From positions 320,001-384,000 of the forward strand of contig CAVVMW010000012.1 of assembly GCA_963749495.1 (NCBI GenBank): a stretch of DNA of 64,000 bases, read 5' to 3'. Within the stretch, counting starts at the first letter, position 1, and each line of letters begins with the position of its first letter. This document shows, one piece after another, positions 61,397 through 64,000 of this stretch. Origin of the DNA: an uncultured bacterium. GTDB lineage: Bacteria; Verrucomicrobiota; Verrucomicrobiia; Limisphaerales; UBA8199. Below the pieces are notes generated by a model. That model saw only the letters and a list, made by a program, of their open reading frames with translations, was not told the DNA's origin and searched no databases. Position numbers and translations under genes: made by a program.

Positions 61397-64000
61397 CTAC
61401 TGCTCCCCATTGCTCTGCTGGCGCTCCCAGCGCCTGGGGGGGCGCTCGGGCGGGGTGGTATCGATCTTCGCGAAATACGTCTCCTGGCCAAAGAGGTCGT
61501 CGGCGGTCTGTTGCAGGACGCGGGAAGGGGTGACGAAGAAGTGCTCGTGTGCCTCGACGAAAATCACCTCGCCTGAGGGGCGGACGAAGCACAGGAAGAG
61601 CGGGCACTTGCCCGGGTGCATGGCAATCAAGGCGCGCACGGAGTCGAGGTTCTCGGGTTTGAGATGGGCAGTGTGGAGGCGGAGATGGACCTGGCGGGTG
61701 AACCGCTGCGGGGCGTCCTCCAGGGGGATAATCTCCTGGGCGAAGAGCTTGGGCTTGTCGTCGCCGGTGTTGTTGACCTCGCCGAGGGCCAGGATCGGTT
61801 TGCCGGTTTGGAGCCGGTCGCGGGATTTGTCGTAGCAGTCATTGAAGCAGAGGATCGGGATCGAGCCATCGAGGTCCTCGAGCGTGACGAGGGCGTAGGG
61901 CTTGCCGCTTTTCTTGGAGATGCCGCTCTGGACGGCGGCGATCATGCCGCCCAGGCGGGTGAGGCTGCGATTGTCCAGCCCGGCGAAGGTCCGGGTGTTG
62001 GCCAGCGAATACTTGGCCAGGAGGTCCGCATAGGGGGTGAGCGGGTGGCCGGTGACGTAAAAGCCCAGGAGTGCCTTTTCGTTGGCCAGCAGTTCGTGCT
62101 GGGGCCATTCCGGCAGGCCCTGCGCGGCGTCCGGCGCCTCCAGGGCCGCCGTCGGGTCCAGCAGACCGAAGAGCGAACTCTGTCCGCTCTGGCGGTCGGC
62201 GATGACGCCGGCGGCGCGGGCGAGCGCCCGCTCGATTTGGGCAAAGAGGGTCGCGCGCGTCTGGCCCAGGCCATCGCAGGCCCCCGCCTTGATCAGGGCC
62301 TCGAGCACCTTCCGGTTCAAGGAGCGGCCGTCCACCCGCTCGCAGAGGTCGTGGAGGGTTTTGAAATGGCCGCCCTGTTCGCGGGCCTTGAGGATGGCCT
62401 CGACGGCGAGCTCGCCGACGCCTTTGATGGCAGCGAGGCCGAAGCGGATGGCGGCGGGGCCAGCCTTGCCCGGCGCCGGGGCGAAGCGGACCTGGCTCTG
62501 GTTGACAGCGGGCGGGAGGACCTCGATGCCCATGGCGCGCGCCTCGCCGATGTATTCGCTGAGCTTGGCCGTGTCCGCCATGTCGTTGGTCATCATGGCG
62601 CAGAAGAACTCGACCGGGTAATTGGCCTTGAGGAAGGCGGTCTGGTAGGCGACGATAGCGTAGGCGGCGGCGTGGGACTTGTTGAAGCCGTAGCCGGCGA
62701 ACTTCTCGAGCAGGTCGAAGATCTGGTTGGCCTTGGGGGCGGGGATGCCGTTCACCCGGGCGCAGCCCTTGACGAAGGTCTCGCGCTGCCTGGCCATTTC
62801 CTCGGGCTTCTTCTTGCCCATGGCGCGGCGCAGCACGTCGGCGCCCCCGAGCGTATAGCCGGCCAGGACCTGGGCGGCCTGCATGACCTGCTCCTGATAG
62901 ACCATGACGCCATAGGTCTCGCGGCAGATCGGCTCCAGCAGCGGATGCTCATACTCGATTCGCACCTCCCCTTGGCGCCGGGCGATGTACTCCGGGATCA
63001 ACTCCATCGGCCCCGGACGGTATAGCGCGATGAGCGCCGTGATGTGCTCGATGCTGCTGATCTGGAACTTGCGGCAGAGGTCGCGCATCCCGCCCGATTC
63101 CAACTGGAAGACCCCGAGCGTGTTCGCCTTGTTGAGCAGTTCGTAGGTCGGGGCGTCGTCCAGCGGCAGATGCTCGATCGGCACCTCCAGGCCCCGCGTC
63201 CGCCGCACCATCTCGCACGTGTTCCGGATGACCGTCAGGGTCTTGAGGCCCAGGAAATCCATCTTCAGCAGGCCCAAGTCGCCTACCGGCCCCATCGCGT
63301 ACTGCGTCACGATGGAACCGTCCTCGTCCTGCTTGAGCGGGAGCAGGTTGACCAGGGGCTGATCGCCGATGACCACCCCGGCGGCGTGGACCGAGGCGTT
63401 GCGCGTGAGGTCCTCCAGGACCAACCCCGTATCGATCAACTCGCGCGTCACCTCCTCGCTCTCGTAGGCCGCCTTGAGCTCCGGCGACTGCTTGAGCGCC
63501 TTTTCCAGCGTCATCTTCAGGTCCGGCGGTATCATCTTGGCCAGCCGGTCGCAGTCGCCGTAGCTCAGGCCCATCACCCGGCCCACGTCCCGCACCACCG
63601 ACTTGGCCCCCAGCGTGCCGAAGGTCACGATTTGCGCCACCGCCTGCCGCCCATACTTCTCCCGCACATACTCGATGACGTCGCCCCGCCGGTCGTCCGC
63701 AAAATCAATGTCAATGTCCGGCGGGTTGACCCGCTCAGGGTTGAGAAACCGCTCGAAGAGCAGCCCATAGCGGATGGGGTTGACGTTCGAGATGCCCAGC
63801 AGGTAAGTGACGATGGAGCCGGCGGCCGAACCGCGCGCCACGCACGCCACGCCCATCTCGTGGCCCCGCCGGACAAAATCCCCAACGATGAGAAAGTAAC
63901 TGACAAAGTCGGTCTGCTCGATGACCTTCAACTCGTGCTGGAGCCGATCCATCACCGCCTGGACCGCAGGATCTGAAATCTGATCCTCGGACTCTGGACT
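61397..64000 (-). CDS. dnaE: DNA polymerase III alpha subunit, 5' part outside the window
   Basis: RGSAAGS, LLFERFLNPER, PDIDIDF, HAAGVVI, KMDFLGL, FAGYGFNKSH, OB fold. Confidence 0.97.
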   Translation of the reverse strand, partial: SPESEDQISDPAVQAVMDRLQHELKVIEQTDFVSYFLIVGDFVRRGHEMGVACVARGSAAGSIVTYLLGISNVNPIRYGLLFERFLNPERVNPPDIDIDFADDRRGDVIEYVREKYGRQAVAQIVTFGTLGAKSVVRDVGRVMGLSYGDCDRLAKMIPPDLKMTLEKALKQSPELKAAYESEEVTRELIDTGLVLEDLTRNASVHAAGVVIGDQPLVNLLPLKQDEDGSIVTQYAMGPVGDLGLLKMDFLGLKTLTVIRNTCEMVRRTRGLEVPIEHLPLDDAPTYELLNKANTLGVFQLESGGMRDLCRKFQISSIEHITALIALYRPGPMELIPEYIARRQGEVRIEYEHPLLEPICRETYGVMVYQEQVMQAAQVLAGYTLGGADVLRRAMGKKKPEEMARQRETFVKGCARVNGIPAPKANQIFDLLEKFAGYGFNKSHAAAYAIVAYQTAFLKANYPVEFFCAMMTNDMADTAKLSEYIGEARAMGIEVLPPAVNQSQVRFAPAPGKAGPAAIRFGLAAIKGVGELAVEAILKAREQGGHFKTLHDLCERVDGRSLNRKVLEALIKAGACDGLGQTRATLFAQIERALARAAGVIADRQSGQSSLFGLLDPTAALEAPDAAQGLPEWPQHELLANEKALLGFYVTGHPLTPYADLLAKYSLANTRTFAGLDNRSLTRLGGMIAAVQSGISKKSGKPYALVTLEDLDGSIPILCFNDCYDKSRDRLQTGKPILALGEVNNTGDDKPKLFAQEIIPLEDAPQRFTRQVHLRLHTAHLKPENLDSVRALIAMHPGKCPLFLCFVRPSGEVIFVEAHEHFFVTPSRVLQQTADDLFGQETYFAKIDTTPPERPPRRWERQQSNGEQ

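Noticed and set aside
1..64000. tRNA or rRNA genes
   Set aside because: No cloverleaf or rRNA-like conserved segments recognised.

Overview
GC-rich bacterial window whose gene content points to Verrucomicrobiota (Pedosphaera/Limisphaera-like). The supporting genes are an ECF sigma factor with a Ser/Thr kinase-WD40, a prepilin-type H-X9-DG protein, TM-anchored HEAT proteins, secreted proteins ending in an FY[RK] motif and a long GreA. Many homopolymer frameshifts suggest an unpolished long-read assembly. Housekeeping genes (rsmB, greA, dnaE) lie at the right end. The rest is accessory: carbohydrate-active and secreted proteins, an AlgI/AlgJ-type O-acetylation cluster, a ~9 kb giant surface-protein gene cut by an IS, and several decayed genes. 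Mobile DNA is dense: one ISKra4-like element, two near-identical 1889-bp IS4-family copies, one IS66-like element carrying a DUF4338 gene, about seven families of REP-like palindromes and several hairpins built from short tandem repeats. Main leads: (1) an 824-nt ORF-less group II-intron-like RNA with an atypical domain V and 5' end, inserted into a REP palindrome; (2) two unrelated IS families both carry a DUF6788-like gene behind an apparently leaderless sigma70 promoter overlapped by a perfect palindrome, and in one it can fuse to the transposase by -1 frameshifting; (3) both IS4 copies hit REP hairpin centres with 9-bp TSDs; (4) REP sequences are read in frame inside proteins; (5) a recurrent CGA->CAA (Asp->Asn) change at conserved residues. 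Family assignments come from motif recognition only; no searches were run.
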